DNA of 64,000 nucleotides from Styela clava (Eukaryota): NCBI RefSeq assembly GCF_964204865.1, contig NC_135252.1, positions 11,780,001 to 11,844,000 of the forward strand, read 5' to 3'. Shown piece by piece: positions 51,201 to 64,000 of this stretch (position 1 is its first letter; each line of letters starts with the position of its first letter). The notes under the pieces were generated by a model. It saw only the letters and a program-made list of their open reading frames with translations, ran no database searches and was not told where the DNA came from. The position numbers and the translations under genes were made by a program.

Positions 51201-52661
51201 CAACGCATTGACGATAGAATGTATAACACTAGGCATTTCAAAACTTATGTAAGAAATTTATGTTGCCAAAAATATACCGGGCATGTACCAACCTCTTGTG
51301 AGTAAAGTAGTTCTGGCCTCGTTCAAGACCCACGCCATGTCCAGAGAGCATGTTGTGTCGTTATAATTCAAAGATGATCTGGTCCATAGAGATTCATTCG
51401 CTATCTTGTCTGAGCCGTACCATTTGTTGACCAACTCCCGATGCTTCGATAAATCAGCAAAAGGATCAGGCGTGTCTGGATCGATAACATTTGTAAAATG
51501 TATCAAATTATAGTAGTATCCGAGAAAGATAGTTATATCTAATTCAGTGGTTTCACGAAATAAATTCTCTCCCTGAAAATGTTGTGAAGCTTTGCACATT
51601 CAAAAACGAAGCTATTGGGTTAATACTACCTCCCATTGGTCTTACTTTGAAAGCAAGATATGAAAGTACAAGCTGAAAGCTAAATTCTGAGGTACAAGAA
51701 AAGGATTGGCTTTTCATTTGATTTTTTTTCAGAATTGGCTCGTGTCGGGCTTGGACTGTTAGTTTGAAATGGCCAAAGCAATTTTGGCGATAGCGATATT
51801 ATACTTCATCATACACACCTTGTAACTAATTTGGATATTCAGCCTACTGGGTATATGATAAACGCTTTATAGGAATAATTTTTCGCCATTATTTCGGGTT
51901 TACAATCTATCAACGGTCACCGATAACCAATAAAATAATCACGAATATCTTGGCGTACATTCCATACACTCCGATTCAACACATGCAAAACTCAAGGTCA
52001 CCGATGGTCATGATATATTCATATATATATACCAATAGTGTGTCCTCTTGGGCATATGTTTTTTACTTAATAATGTAATTTATCACATGGCTGCTATTCG
52101 AAGATCAATGGCGCATTGTTTTGCAATGCAGTAGCGTTGATTTTAAAAGTAAAAATACCCGATTTTATTGCAAAAACTAGCAAATCGCTAGTTACGTAGG
52201 AGTGCTAAGCCTGGGCCTTGTTGGGAGCGAAAATATATAAAATTGTCGCCCCCGAAGGGTGTCTGAACAGAATCGTACCTGTATACTCTTCATAATCAAT
52301 GTCGCCGGATTCGGTATAAATATCCCCGTAATCCTGTCCCCCAACACAGAGAGTGATGCCCAATATAATACCAACCTAAATTATAAAATTGTGCATTTAT
52401 TACATCCGTAAGAATGATTATTAAACAGATCTAATGCTTTCGGGTTGTGGTTCCTCTATAGCCGCTATACGCATATTGTTTTACTCTATTTTGATGCAAT
52501 TACACCAAATTTTTGTATTCCGTATTTATTAAAGTGAAGAAAAGTTAATATGGCAGAAAGGCTAGGCTTCAAAAATTATTCCCAATATCCATATATTGAA
52601 AACTTTATTGGTGCATTTACATTCTTTTCATATATTTTCTTACCTTTGCGATAACGCTCAT
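39237..52661 (-). CDS. Adhesion G protein-coupled receptor (GAIN/GPS plus secretin-like 7TM), about 1063 aa, 20 coding exons
   Basis: Exons 52661-52644, 52375-52279, 51475-51289, 51103-50870, 50790-50610, 50085-49877, 49373-49127, 48929-48755, 48069-47986, 47463-47268, 46398-46161, 43413-43255, 42866-42735, 42400-42214, 41603-41488, 41057-40914, 40523-40372, 40151-40027, 39842-39694 and 39398-39237 join in frame (3192 nt). GPS: CEYLNTTTGEWQNTGC...CHCDHTTNFAAFM. 7TM motifs: HMNLAIAL, HFFLLASFFWMLIEG, GWIIPA, CWLS, LLPILGIPW, NSTQGLVIFIVYCL. Confidence 0.92.
41681..41748. repeat. Short tandem repeat, (aaatactcaaactt) about 3 times
   Basis: The unit is directly visible three times in a GPCR intron. 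Confidence 0.7.
43614..43919. mobile_element. Tc1/mariner-pogo type MITE
   Basis: TIRs tactgtgtttccacgaaaataagac and gtcttaatttcggggaaacacggta, with TA at both ends. Confidence 0.8.
44415..45733 (+). CDS. Nested antisense gene: 159-aa TM/coiled-coil/TM protein (tetherin-like topology)
   Basis: Exons 44415-44521, 44724-44949 and 45587-45733 have strong splice sites (gtaagt/gtaagc donors, tttag/tttcag acceptors) and join to 480 nt: MANSNNKPRPHC-LSIVLLIILSLIVGGLVLGVAIY-RDSQIIAGLGRTEIGLKDLKDGVAKIHAKVGHGISAGNLTDEAVEDVLNPALEDLEKDLKNQIDLLNAKVDQVINRAAGSEDKFKQLR-AIVILAACGSGLAIILFIVNIVLLVCW-KIRKNRGQP*. Confidence 0.85.
45236..45421. mobile_element. Tc1-like MITE (GGGTGACCC family), degenerate
   Basis: Left end tacagggtgaccccaaaaa and decayed right end tttttggtcattat. 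Related to 49651-49838 and to the TIR at about 8940. Confidence 0.5.
46532..46750. repeat. About 220-bp repeat, inverted relative to 48427-48646
   Basis: The reverse complement matches 48427-48646 over its full length with scattered substitutions. Confidence 0.9.
48427..48646. repeat. About 220-bp repeat, inverted partner of 46532-46750
   Basis: For example gcttgatatattcaaccgagaaatgaagtgttatgaaacatagcacc pairs with ggtgctatgtttcataacacttcatttctcggttgaatatatcaagc. Confidence 0.9.
49651..49838. mobile_element. Tc1-like MITE
   Basis: TIRs tatagggtgacccaaaaa and tttttgggtcacctta. Confidence 0.7.
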
Positions 52662-55600
52662 TTCTCTGTTTGGTTTAAACTGCCGTACCTTCTCCACATA
52701 AAGTTCTTAGCCCGCATATACAATCAATAGTCTAGTTAGCAGGTCACTTAAAATTAGTCGTAGATTAGTAGTAATCCTGATAGTAATAAAACAGCACGAT
52801 AAAAATCATGTCATGAGACATCAACAACGTACGATGACAGTCAGCACCGGTAAACTACTAAAATGCGTCGGAATCATCGAAAGGTTAGATACGTTCATTT
52901 ACGTAACTGCAATTAAAACTTTGTCGTTTGAGTTGTTTATTGGTGCATGTTGCTATTAAGTTTCGAACGAAAACACAGTGGTGCGATTTTACAAGTGGAA
53001 TCCAAGCGCGTCAATGTAATCAGACGTTTTCGTGGCAATAATAAATCCATATTCCGTACCTTCCAGTGCACCAATAGTTACATACGACGTTTTTACAGTA
53101 ATGTATCAAGTATACATTAAAAGAAATATATTATAATTTTCGAATATTGAGGTATATTGTAAAATACATAATCTTATGAGTGTACAAACACCAACTGATA
53201 CCTCTACTATGCTAATGTTACTATTATCATATTTAATAGTCGCGAATTAGTCACATAAACTGCTGGTCAGATCGGTATATTGTTGCGTGAGCATCGCTAT
53301 CAACTACCCTTATGCGCAAATGCAATTTCATCTCAAAGTCCAGAAGGAATTCGCAGCCTTCATATAATTCAACTTACGAAACACGGACATATAAATACTC
53401 ACAAGTGTCCCAGAAAACTGCAAGAATGCATGAGACTACCATCGCACTTTCGCGTGCCATGCAAAATTCGGAGCTTTCGTTTTCGATGTTCCCAGTTACC
53501 CACAGAGCAAGTTCAGGCGGATATGTACATATTTTCTCGAAATGCCCAAGGAGTTGTATAAGGGCAACTGTATTAAGACGCATCTGTCGACAAAATATAT
53601 AGAATGTAAACAATGCAAATCGTCCGTAAACACTAACAAAATGGAGTGGGGAGCACTCATTATACGCAAAAGGAGAAACGGGCACACTTTTGAATGCAAT
53701 TTTGCACTGTAGGCCTTTCCATATTACCTCGAAATCGGGACAAAAACAGGAAACAGGATATCGTTGGAGCTCTGGTCTGGATACGAGAGATCATATATTC
53801 CAGTATACAGACTTCGCAGCGAAAACGTTTGACGCGGTGAAATAGGCATATTATGATAACCTAAAAACTTTTACGAGTATGACGTCATGTAAAACATTTG
53901 GAAAAACTCCAAAATTTCACTCTTTTTTTTTGTGGACCAGTGACAATGAAGTCTGTTGTCCATGCAATATATGGCTCATACTTGACGTGAAAAATTCCAG
54001 GTCAATATTGTCCTGCCCAAATTTGGAACTAATTCAATCCGCCAACATCACATAGCCATGCAATGAACTCAAGAAAAGTGTCTGATTTGCATTAGCACGT
54101 ATACCATCTATTTTGACGCTAAAAATAGTAGTATATTGAAATGAAATTTTCATGGCACGTTGCACTTTCACCATTGGACATCGTATTATATTGCGTCATT
54201 GGGTGACCTATATTACGACATGCGAAACAAATTCATTTTATTTAAAAACAAATCAGCACCAGAACAACATATTTTACCGAATAACATCACTACATGTTTG
54301 TGTTAATAGGTAATTGCGTCATTATTTTCTTACTTGCGCTGTATATATTGATATCTCCTTTTTCACACGTCAGAGTAGTCGAAAAAATTCGGGATCAAAC
54401 TGCGAACAGCGACCTCTGTTCATTAATTCCATGCCCCCAATAGCAGTTTCTGAAATGATTAATTATATTCAATTTTGTTCGTGGGAGCGTGTTAATTATT
54501 TATTTCCCCTTTGGTCATTTCCGTCTATTATCTGGTTCAAAGATGTATTAAACCTATTTCGGTCTTTTGTACAAAACATCCGCCACTAATGCAAAAATGT
54601 GAGATTTGATAAAAACACCCCCGTCACATTAACCCCCTAACTCTAACCCTACCTGGATAATTACTAAATTCCTTATTTTTATCGTTGGCGGGGATGTTTT
54701 TTTTTGTAAAGGATCCACCGACTATTTTTCATAAGAATAGATATTTCTTCCTTTGACGTTTTTAGTAGACTTTCTAAAAAAAATTTGAAGTTAAATATTT
54801 CGTAATAGACATATTTAGGTCGATACGTTTGCTTGGAGAAATCGAGCTTTGGTAATTGGTAGTGACTGAACCTTGTATTTGAAGACGAAACGATACGAAT
54901 GAATGTATCTACAATTCGAATTATATCATAAAAGTCAACCCCATCTCAACATCGACAAACACTGTCATTAGAATAATAGCCTACTTCGAAAATCGAAATT
55001 ACCCATTATATTAATTCCTTTTTTCTGTCCTCCAGTGGATGGTATTATGGCTTGTGTGCGCAATACCACATGAAACATTAAAATAAAATGTATTTTTTCG
55101 TGACAATTTACGTATAATACGAGCCCAGTTCGATTGCGTGTTTTTGCGTATATATTTTCATACAATACAAATTTCAACCGCCGGTTTAGATTAGGAATTA
55201 TGTTAGTCTCCCATACTAGAACAGATTTAAGCCAAAATTGTAGAACTTTCTATTTGACACATATTGAACAACAAATTCAAAATATGACATATCAGAACTG
55301 CGCTATACCCAATAAATACAATAACAGTGTGATATTATGTATGGCCATGCATAAGTCCGATTGATCTAAGTGATGGCGATCGAATTTAAGAACTTCACGG
55401 CTGTATCGTGACGGCTGTGTGTACTAACTTGAATTCTTCTATACCAATGCGTGTATAAAATTTTAATGGGGTTGACAGATGCGAGGAGAGACATGCGAAC
55501 AAAATCTAATTTACGGAGAAACTTTGCCCGTACAGTAAACACATGTCTCACTTTTAATTTTAGGGAATAGTACTTCGCCTAGTCAGTGAATCGGCATGTA

Positions 55601-55962
55601 TAGCCTGCAGATAGTTCTATGTAACATTATTTTTGGAAATTAAACGTTGGTCGTGGCACTGCAGCGTTGTTGGTGAGAGAATTTAGTTGAATTCAATTTT
55701 TTTGTTGCTGTCCAGACAACTTAGTTCGTTTTTTGCCTTGCCCATCATCTCCAGTTCTCATGGATTTGTCAATTAATTGAATACCCGACTCTTTCTAAAG
55801 TTGTTGTTAGAGCGATGTGAGGGCACGGGAACGAGGTCAGGATTAATGGATTACAGAGTATGCGCACGGTTGTGGATTTATGTTTTTAGCATGTTCGCTG
55901 CGAATTCTGTATTTAGCTATTAATATTATGAAAGCTTTACGCCATGAATAATAACTCATTTC

Positions 55963-56333
55963 CATATCGTCACGCTAATAACCGAATTGCGTAAGTCATT
56001 TTTAGCAGTTTTGGGGAAAACGTAAAAAAACTTCCTAATGATATTGTTATGCCATTGAGAGTCAATAATTAGCCATGGTTCATAATTTGTCGAGGTTATT
56101 TTGCCTTTGTGACGTCACAATAGTCCTGCGGTAACAATGATAATTCATTATGACGAAACAATTGCACAAATGTGCATGTCATACTAAATCTCCATTCTTA
56201 GGGGTTTCGGAATTCTCAAAATAAAATCTGAGTTAACAGACAGGTGCGCAGCATTACATAAATACCTATTTTATAAAAAACTCAAAATCGCCAAAAATGA
56301 CTTACGCAATTCGGTTATTAGCGTGACGACATG
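55963..56333. mobile_element. MITE with about 37-bp perfect TIRs
   Basis: tcgtcacgctaataaccgaattgcgtaagtcattttt (from 55967) is perfectly inverted at 56293-56329. An internal palindrome, ttgtgacgtcacaa, is also present. Confidence 0.85.
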
Positions 56334-56969
56334 CTAACCATAGTTATATCTAATTACTTGTTTACCCGCTCCAAATATTCGCCAGCTGTGGGGAGTGTAA
56401 TCGATTCTAGTTATAATATACGCCAATATAAGTAGCAGAATGTCTGTGAAATAGAATGAATAAAGAGCGACAGTCATGTGGGGTAATTAGCGGAATATTT
56501 ATTTTCATAGATTATAAAAAATTGCCTCAAATTGTGGATCAATGATTCCCTGTACAATTTTGGTGTATACTATATCGATCGCAGCTTCCCAAACAGAATG
56601 CCGATTAATCAGCAAAATTGCACGGTCGCCAAACATGTATATTGTACGAGTGTGAACATTATCCACATGGGACGCTTGGAGAGAGTCTCTGTCCACCATT
56701 AAATAGTCATACAGGAGAATGTCGTTTATAGCACAGTTCATAGCAACTGACGGATATGAAAAAATCTTTTATTCAAATCTTTGTATTGGCTTCAAATGAT
56801 GATAGCAGCATTTTATTATCTGCCAAATAGGTTGAATGTTGTTTGCCGAGATGCTGTATGAGGTCTTTTCATAAATACAACTCCCTGTCTCAGGGTTATT
56901 ATTAATAGAAAAAACTCCATTTTCTGGGATCGTCATTACAACGAATCTTTCTCCCACGGTAATTGCGTG

Positions 56970-57153
56970 AGATAAACGTTAAAATCGATCGCCGGCAAGG
57001 TAATCAACAAACTATTGCGAGTTGCAATTTACATTGGACCACTTTCGCGCGAAATCTTGAGATAAGCCAAAGGACGAATATATCCTTTTGATAAGTGGGT
57101 TCATTATCACGTCCGGCACTGAGATAAGATTATGTTCTTTCGCTGCTTGATAA
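56970..57153. promoter_or_regulatory. Homotypic GATA-site cluster (putative enhancer)
   Basis: Six WGATAA sites at 56970, 57060, 57089, 57104 (reverse), 57122 and 57148, about 0.9-1.1 kb upstream of the forkhead ATG. Confidence 0.55.
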
Positions 57154-58075
57154 CATAAAACAAAAGTTTAATCTGCAACGCATGCGAGGATTCTGATTCT
57201 GAATGAAGAACGACGAAAACATCTGCCCGTTATAATCCAAGAGAACGTTCTCCGCTAATTAATTATTTTTAAATAAAACAGACGGTAACACTGCTTTGTT
57301 TTTGTTTATGCCGGTCAATCGCTTTACGACGCAGATGGTGACGGGCAATTTATTGTAGTCTGTGAAACAGATAGAAGCTTGGTACGCATATGGCGCATAT
57401 TGTATTATACATAGTCAGCCAATTTGGCAGAATTGTGAATAAAGTAGTCTTAATACGAAATCAAACAAATTGAAAGAAGATTTCTATGAGAGTTCTAGCC
57501 ATAGTATCAGGGCAAAGTTCATATAATAAACTTAGGGAATGAGGGTAACTTTTCGCCATAACCTTTAAGAATATAGACAGCCACGCAGCACACAAGCCAA
57601 GGCGGACCCCTTTGTAGAATAACATTCTGTTAAGAATAAGTTTGCCTCGTATGCTCGCTGAGTTGAATGAACCAATCGATAGACTATGCGGTCACATCGA
57701 TTGACATACATTTTGCCTAAAGATATTATGGATCAATAACTCAATCGACGTCTCAAGTGTGATGCTCTAATTCCGTGTCGGTAGGACTTGCATGAGTATT
57801 TGGGTTATCACTTTTTTATTCATAATTTCAGTATGCTGTAAATACAAGCAAGCTGGTACACAATATAGGTATGTTTCTAAATCTCGAATAGACTTCATAA
57901 GCGCTAGTTATTATAGTATACCCAGTAGAGTATTGGATAACGCACACTGTTGATACAATCGTACAATATACATGTTCATTGTTGCAGAACATAATGAATC
58001 GAAATTAAATTGGATTAGAACTGATGTCTATCTTCGCCGTATTCTACCTCTTTTAAACAAAACGGATTATCTGGA

Positions 58076-61000
58076 ATGGGAGTACATGTCCAACATTCTG
58101 CTATAACCGTGGGTACAACGATGAACTACAACAGAGTAACAGCACTGGAAAAATGGAAAACAGATTGGTTCCACGAGGTGAGCAAGTAATTCGAATATTG
58201 GAGTACTTAGTTACTAAAGTAACGAAAGTATTTACGTAGCAACCGATATTAAACTTTTACGGGAAACGCCAATACTAACATACAAAGTCGCTACAGAAAG
58301 GTACGGGCATCCTTCTGAGGCAGGTCAACGCAACCAATTATGAAACCCATGTACAAGGGCCCTGAAGTTCTCAGATTTAAACAGCGTTATCTCTAGCTCA
58401 GGGGTCAAACGTCAAGTGTATTTTTTCCACCCAGTAATTCCACACAATTTATCAATGCAGTCTCATTAAAGCACTGACGATGAAATATATTTAATATCAG
58501 TTAAATGAAATCCCACACAAATATTAGTTTGTATGAAAATAATGCAGTTTGATAACATATGATGACGTAGACTAAATTAAACATTAAAAAAACGATTCTT
58601 GGTATTTTGACGACTATATTGAAATTATTAAAACCTCACCATCGGCCGTCGTTTAGCTGTTCACGCAAAAGTTATTTCATTCGTCGTATAATTCGCAGGT
58701 TCGAATCTATTGAAAAACATCATATGTGAGAGAATATGACAAGGTGGTTCGCATTTCTGACCAAGTTATTTATATTTATCTAAAACGTTCGAAGGTTAGA
58801 TAGATAAAATGTTGTCATTGTCTATTCTTAAACGAGATAGGATTAAGATACCGTGTTGATTTCATATACACGGCATAAAAAACGTGCTCTCTGGTAAAAA
58901 AGCGCTCTCATATTACAACAGGCCGACGAAATAAAACCCCGATAGGACAAAATCGTTTATGTATCATTTTAATTTGGACGCAGATATAGGCCAGCCGCAC
59001 AAAAACATCCTTAAGATAAACAACAAATATTTATTATTTGTTACCAAAATGTGATCTCGAGATAGTCATTGTGAAAAGTTGATTATTAAAGTATTCCGTA
59101 CTTTATGTCGGCGAAAAGCGGGGAATACGTGCACGAATATGCGTATTAATGGAATTGCCCTGGTTATCGGGCCAGCTAATCCAGAAAATGTTCAATTATA
59201 CTATCGATATAATTTCCCCCGCACATAGAACGTTGACCTAAGTCAGTCAAGGAGATAATTTCTGCACAAATTAACGAGAATTGAACATGTTTTAATGTTA
59301 TTTTAGACTAGCAACCTATTCACGGTAACAACAGATCAAGTAATTGGATGTAACGAAAGTCAGTCCGCTGCACTCCACGAAGCAGATTCTACGAGTAAGG
59401 TGAAGTTATATTTTTATTCAATTTTTCTAATGGCACAAATGACTTCACTATTCCTTGCTGCCTCGATATAATAATGTATAGTAAATAAAGTGGCTTGCAC
59501 GTTTCGACTGCAACATTTTTGCAGTTAGTCATCGCGCTATCGCAATAGAATTACTTATACTTACTTGAGTTAAATTGAATTTAACAGTATCATTCACGAA
59601 TGCTGCAGAATCGGGCGAAGTTGAACATGGTTGTTTCTATGGTAGAAAGATATGTAAAAGGAGCGTTGTCCGTCGAACACCCTTCAGCGAATTTGGTGAG
59701 TTCTATACTTTTCACATCGGAAAATTATCTCGCATACAGTTTGCACTCGTGCATTGAGATGCATTCATCATAGTCGACCACACCAGAAACACCATACTGC
59801 TTTTATTTTCATCGGAGTTGTTGCACTCATGCAGTTATATTTTTGGAGTACTACCTCTCCCGATTCTCACCATATTATTCTCCAGATTTCTTGTTAAAAA
59901 AGTAGAAATCTAGAAGGTTATTGCCTGCTGTTGAAACTATTATTATTTGATTGGATTATTTTAAATCCCAAGAAAGAAAATTAAGTCGAATGGCTGTGCA
60001 TCTGATTTGTCACTCCTGCCCAGCTTTTCCCGGCTTTATGCGGCTATGGGTGTCGTAAAGAATATTTCTTTTAAATTCTAATTTTTTTCGGCTTTTGGTG
60101 TCTAATCTTCAGAAATGTTTTAAAGCTATAGATCTATATTAGACATGGAATAATAGCATATAGTGAATACCGTTTCGAATATCTGATAGATTGTGTTGTC
60201 GATTTTCTGTCAGGTTTAATATAATAAATAATACTACATTTTTACACTTGAAACTCAATAAAACTTTATTCACACGAATGTACATATTTATATTGGTTGA
60301 GCCGCTGCCATATATGACATTTCTCGTAATGTTTTGTATGTTTTACATAACAGTTGACGACACTTCCAGAAAAGGGATACGACATCAGTTCAAACATCAC
60401 ACCCTGGACCATGGTTAGTCCGGACGAGGTAAGCCAAAATTAAAATGTTTAATAAGCACTGTTTTAAGGATATTTAATTAAAATTGGATTTATGATTGGA
60501 TATTATGTCACACTTGAAATTTATTTCACTACCAAATTTTATATCATTTCAGATACTGGGTGTTATTATTAGCATTGGATGTTTTGGCAACTTGATCTGC
60601 CTGTTTTGACTATTAGACTTGACAATACCCTATTCACAATTTCATTTTGCTTAAATCAACTCATTTTATTATCATACAATAATAAGGCTGTCCGAATGTT
60701 TCGGATATACACATGTACTGCATATAGACAACAGAATGAAATGCACAACAAACAAGCTCATTAGAAACATTGCTACGCTGCCAATTATTAGCCGTATTGA
60801 TCTCTCCTCGCAGGTTTGTCCAATGGACAGGCACAACCAAGAATCATTACCTGGTGAACAGAATCTCAAGAAACGATTTACTGTAGACGAAGCACTGGAA
60901 ACTTTATCACAAGACGACGAAAGCATTAATTTCGAAGGTATTAAAATTTCGTATCCGCAAGTCCTTTCTGTATGATATTGTACGAGGTTTCACTGTTCTA

Positions 61001-63795
61001 ATTCTTTTACAACATTATGTGGTATAAATCGTATAATTATCGTATATTAATTGGACAATCTATTAGTTGGGGCATGCCATCACATTAATTTTATTTGTTG
61101 TGCAAGTGCAACGTCTTATTCCACGGACGCTTTATGAATAAGGGGACTTATTACTATGTAGATTATTCTATCGAAATGTAATTTGTTTGTTATAACCGCA
61201 ATGTTACTACCCAAAACTGTTTAACAACACAAAGCGTGAACATATCTGATATTTTTCTTGTCCACAGTCGAAAGAAGCAATGAAGAATATGCCCCTTTTC
61301 CGTCAAATGATGTGGAGGTCAAACACGAAGATCCAAGCAGCGACCTACTCGCTCAAGCATGCGAAATTATAAACAAACGTGCAAATACCGGCACAGAAAA
61401 CGACAAAGATGTCGAATCCAATTATGAATATACTTCAAATATACCACAGCATGAAGTTAAGAAATCCGAGACTTCTGCTGATTCGCCCGACTCTCCAGAT
61501 ACCCCTACAATTCGACTTGGCCATTCCAATCCAATTCAAATCATTGGTTCACCAACACTCACCACTTCTGCCCCGCCAATTACACAATTAAAAACAGCAC
61601 CTACCACCACAAAATCCCTAAAACTTGTAAATGGAAAGAGCTTACAATCTATGATAGCTTCAGGGGCAAAATTTGTAATATTGGCACCAGCAAATGGCAA
61701 AATTAAAAACAGCACTACCCCAATAATTTCTGCTCAGCAAATAGCAGCAAAACAAGCAAAACTCGTGGAAATCGTACCGGCAACACTACCCGGTAAGAAT
61801 TCTACATTACAAACTAATGTTCAATACGTAATAGATAGATAGTTTAAAAAGCTTTACTTGTTTTAGACGGGAGAGTAATACATTTGGAATTAACGCGAAC
61901 CCCATCACCCACACAGTCTATGAAGCTAGGAGGTAATAAGACTGGGGTGAGGCACGTTATACTCCCTCAGCCTGCATACGAAAAGACGCAAAAACGGTCC
62001 TATGGAAAAATCATACCCGTGAGAAAATACAATGCAACACTGGCCTCGCAGATGGCGGCAAAGGGAAAGCTAAATCAAATTAACGATATTTTGAATAACA
62101 AAAAAGCTCAAAAAAATGTACCAATGGTGTATTTGAAAAGGCCTTCTAAAGAAATTGTGTTTGCAAACAATTCAAATCCACAGCCGAGTGGGAAAATTGT
62201 TCAAATAACGCCGGTACCCCCAGCAGGTGTATTGAGTAATTTACAGCAATCCGATGCGCAAGTGGTGTTTCAAAATATTCCCATCGTTTCTTCAAACACG
62301 TCTATTACTCGAAACGAATCTGTTGTATCTCAAATGAGGAATCGAACGCTCGATGGTGAAGTAAAACTCGACAAAGAAGCAACAACTGCGGATGTCAACG
62401 GAATGATGGTGAAGCATGAAAAATTAGATTCGGAAATTTCTTCTTTCCCGCAAGAAAGCAATTGCAATGGGTGAGTGAACTAAAAAATATTGGCTTATGT
62501 TGGCTAGTATAGTATTCTAAATCGGTGGATGTACCGTAGTTGTTTTTCGAGCGTAAGATCGAGATAAATATTTTTCACCGTTGCTATATCAGGACTTTTT
62601 CGGGCACTGCTTAAAGTATAGCATTTGAATCAGAGTTTCTGCTAACTTTCAGCCATTTTTAATAATGTAATACCCTTAAAACTATTTTTCAGACATTCAG
62701 AAATGAAAACACTAGAGTGCAATACGGATCAAGCATTTGGGGACGAAGAATTCAACTTCAAAGACTTGAATGAGTTCATGGACCAGTTGCCATCGCCGGG
62801 AGAGGGAAATGATGATATAGGATCCCTATGCCACGATGATATTTTAGACGATATGATCCGAGAAGCTGGCGACCCAGAACGCGATTACAATAATTTGCCG
62901 ATATCAGCAAATAATAATGCGTTACCAGGCTTTGTTGATGTCACCGAAACAACCAGAGTTTCAACTGAATCTAATTGTGGCGTCGCTAAAGAAAGTCAAC
63001 CAACGCTTCGAGGTGGTTCTCGAGTTCATTCAACAGCTTTATCGTATACTCTTCCGGCAATATCCGCTGTTCACCCTGTTCTACAAGAAGTTGAAAACAT
63101 GATAAAGAGACGAAATGCGTCAAACGAAAACAGAAAAAGAAAAGCGCTATCATCGATTGATTACAATGCAAGGTTTGCGCTATTTTTTCAATAATACAAT
63201 GTCCAGTTTCCTCATCTGCATAATCAGTTGATCTCAGAAATACCAATGACCAACAGCACGATTTCGCCGCATAACGAGTCGATTAATTTCATTTAAACTG
63301 AAATTAATCGCTCAAAATTGCGTCGAATGGGCTACATCAAACATCAAAATGTAGCCTACCATTTTCACACAGCCGTAGAACGATAAAATATTTTGCATTT
63401 AGAAAAATATATTAGCACTGTTAATGGATTCAACTTTTTGTCATATTTATATAAACAAAGACAGATTATATTCAATTATCGCTGCATCTAACATCACTTA
63501 AACCTTCTTTGGTTTTAGAGGTGACAATCCCATTGAAATTCCTAAACCAAAAAGGAAATATACCAAACGCATGGAAGTGAAAGAAGGTGCAGACGAGAAA
63601 TCTTCAGTAATGATTCTAGGACCAACAGCAGCAGCGGCCGCCAAGAATCCATATCATAAACCTCCACTGCCGTACAACATCCTAATCTACCTCGCATTTA
63701 AAGATGCAAAATTTCGATGTTTAACTGTGAAGCAAATTTATAATTTTGTCTTAAAAACTTTCCCGTACTTTACGGAAGCTCATCAGACTTGGCAG
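58076..63795 (+). CDS. Forkhead-box transcription factor (FoxN/FoxM/FoxR-like, divergent), 5' part; continues beyond the window
   Basis: Exons 58076-58177, 59307-59399, 60354-60428, 60814-60937, 61268-61792, 61867-62470, 62693-63172 and 63519-63795 join in frame. The last exon encodes KPPLPYNILIYLAFKDAKFRCLTVKQIYNFVLKTFPYFTEAHQTWQ, followed by an intron just before the expected NSxRHNLS helix. The first three exons are less certain. Confidence 0.82.
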
Positions 63796-64000
63796 GTAAA
63801 CTCGTAATTTATGATTTTGTGTATTTTTTTTTTATATAGAGAGGGATCGTTTTGTTACGTTGTTGTTGCTCTTCTTCGTCATCAAAATTAAAAATTACGC
63901 ACTTTGTGGCGGTTCCGCGTTCGCGGTAGTCTGCTGTGACAGATTCCATACCCGTGCTAGTTCGCTTTGGCCTTCGTGTACATATATTTGAGTACCGCTC

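Noticed and set aside
53280-53860. Four overlapping ORFs upstream of the GPCR
   Set aside because: No convincing domain. It may be a decayed transposon or non-coding exon, but this cannot be supported from the sequence.
1-64000. CRISPR arrays, rRNA, true tRNA genes, prokaryotic operons
   Set aside because: None seen. The DNA is spliceosomal-intron eukaryotic, and the B-box motifs belong to SINEs without a cloverleaf.

Overview
AT-rich, intron-rich eukaryotic (animal) DNA. The gene set, intron style and MITE/SINE content suggest an ascidian tunicate (inference). I assembled seven spliced protein-coding genes by hand, all with GT-AG introns and consistent phases: (1) SAXO/FAM154 microtubule stabiliser (+, 2083-6280); (2) signal-peptide JmjC/cupin-like dioxygenase (-, 16320-10936); (3) divergent IRF transcription factor with kappaB-like sites upstream (-, 23291-18616); (4) His-rich polytopic membrane protein of unknown function, resembling bacterial hypothetical proteins (-, 34174-29682); (5) 20-exon adhesion GPCR (-, 52661-39237); (6) a 159-aa TM/coiled-coil/TM protein with tetherin-like topology, nested antisense in the GPCR intron between the GPS and TM1 exons (+, 44415-45733); (7) the 5' part of a forkhead gene (+, 58076 to beyond the window end). 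Also present: a stop-disrupted, possibly actinoporin-like pseudogene, a decayed Tc1/mariner transposase, several MITEs, a tRNA-derived SINE family and clustered TF motifs. The best candidates for something new are the nested tetherin-like gene and the His-rich membrane protein. No database search was run; family calls rest on recognised motifs.
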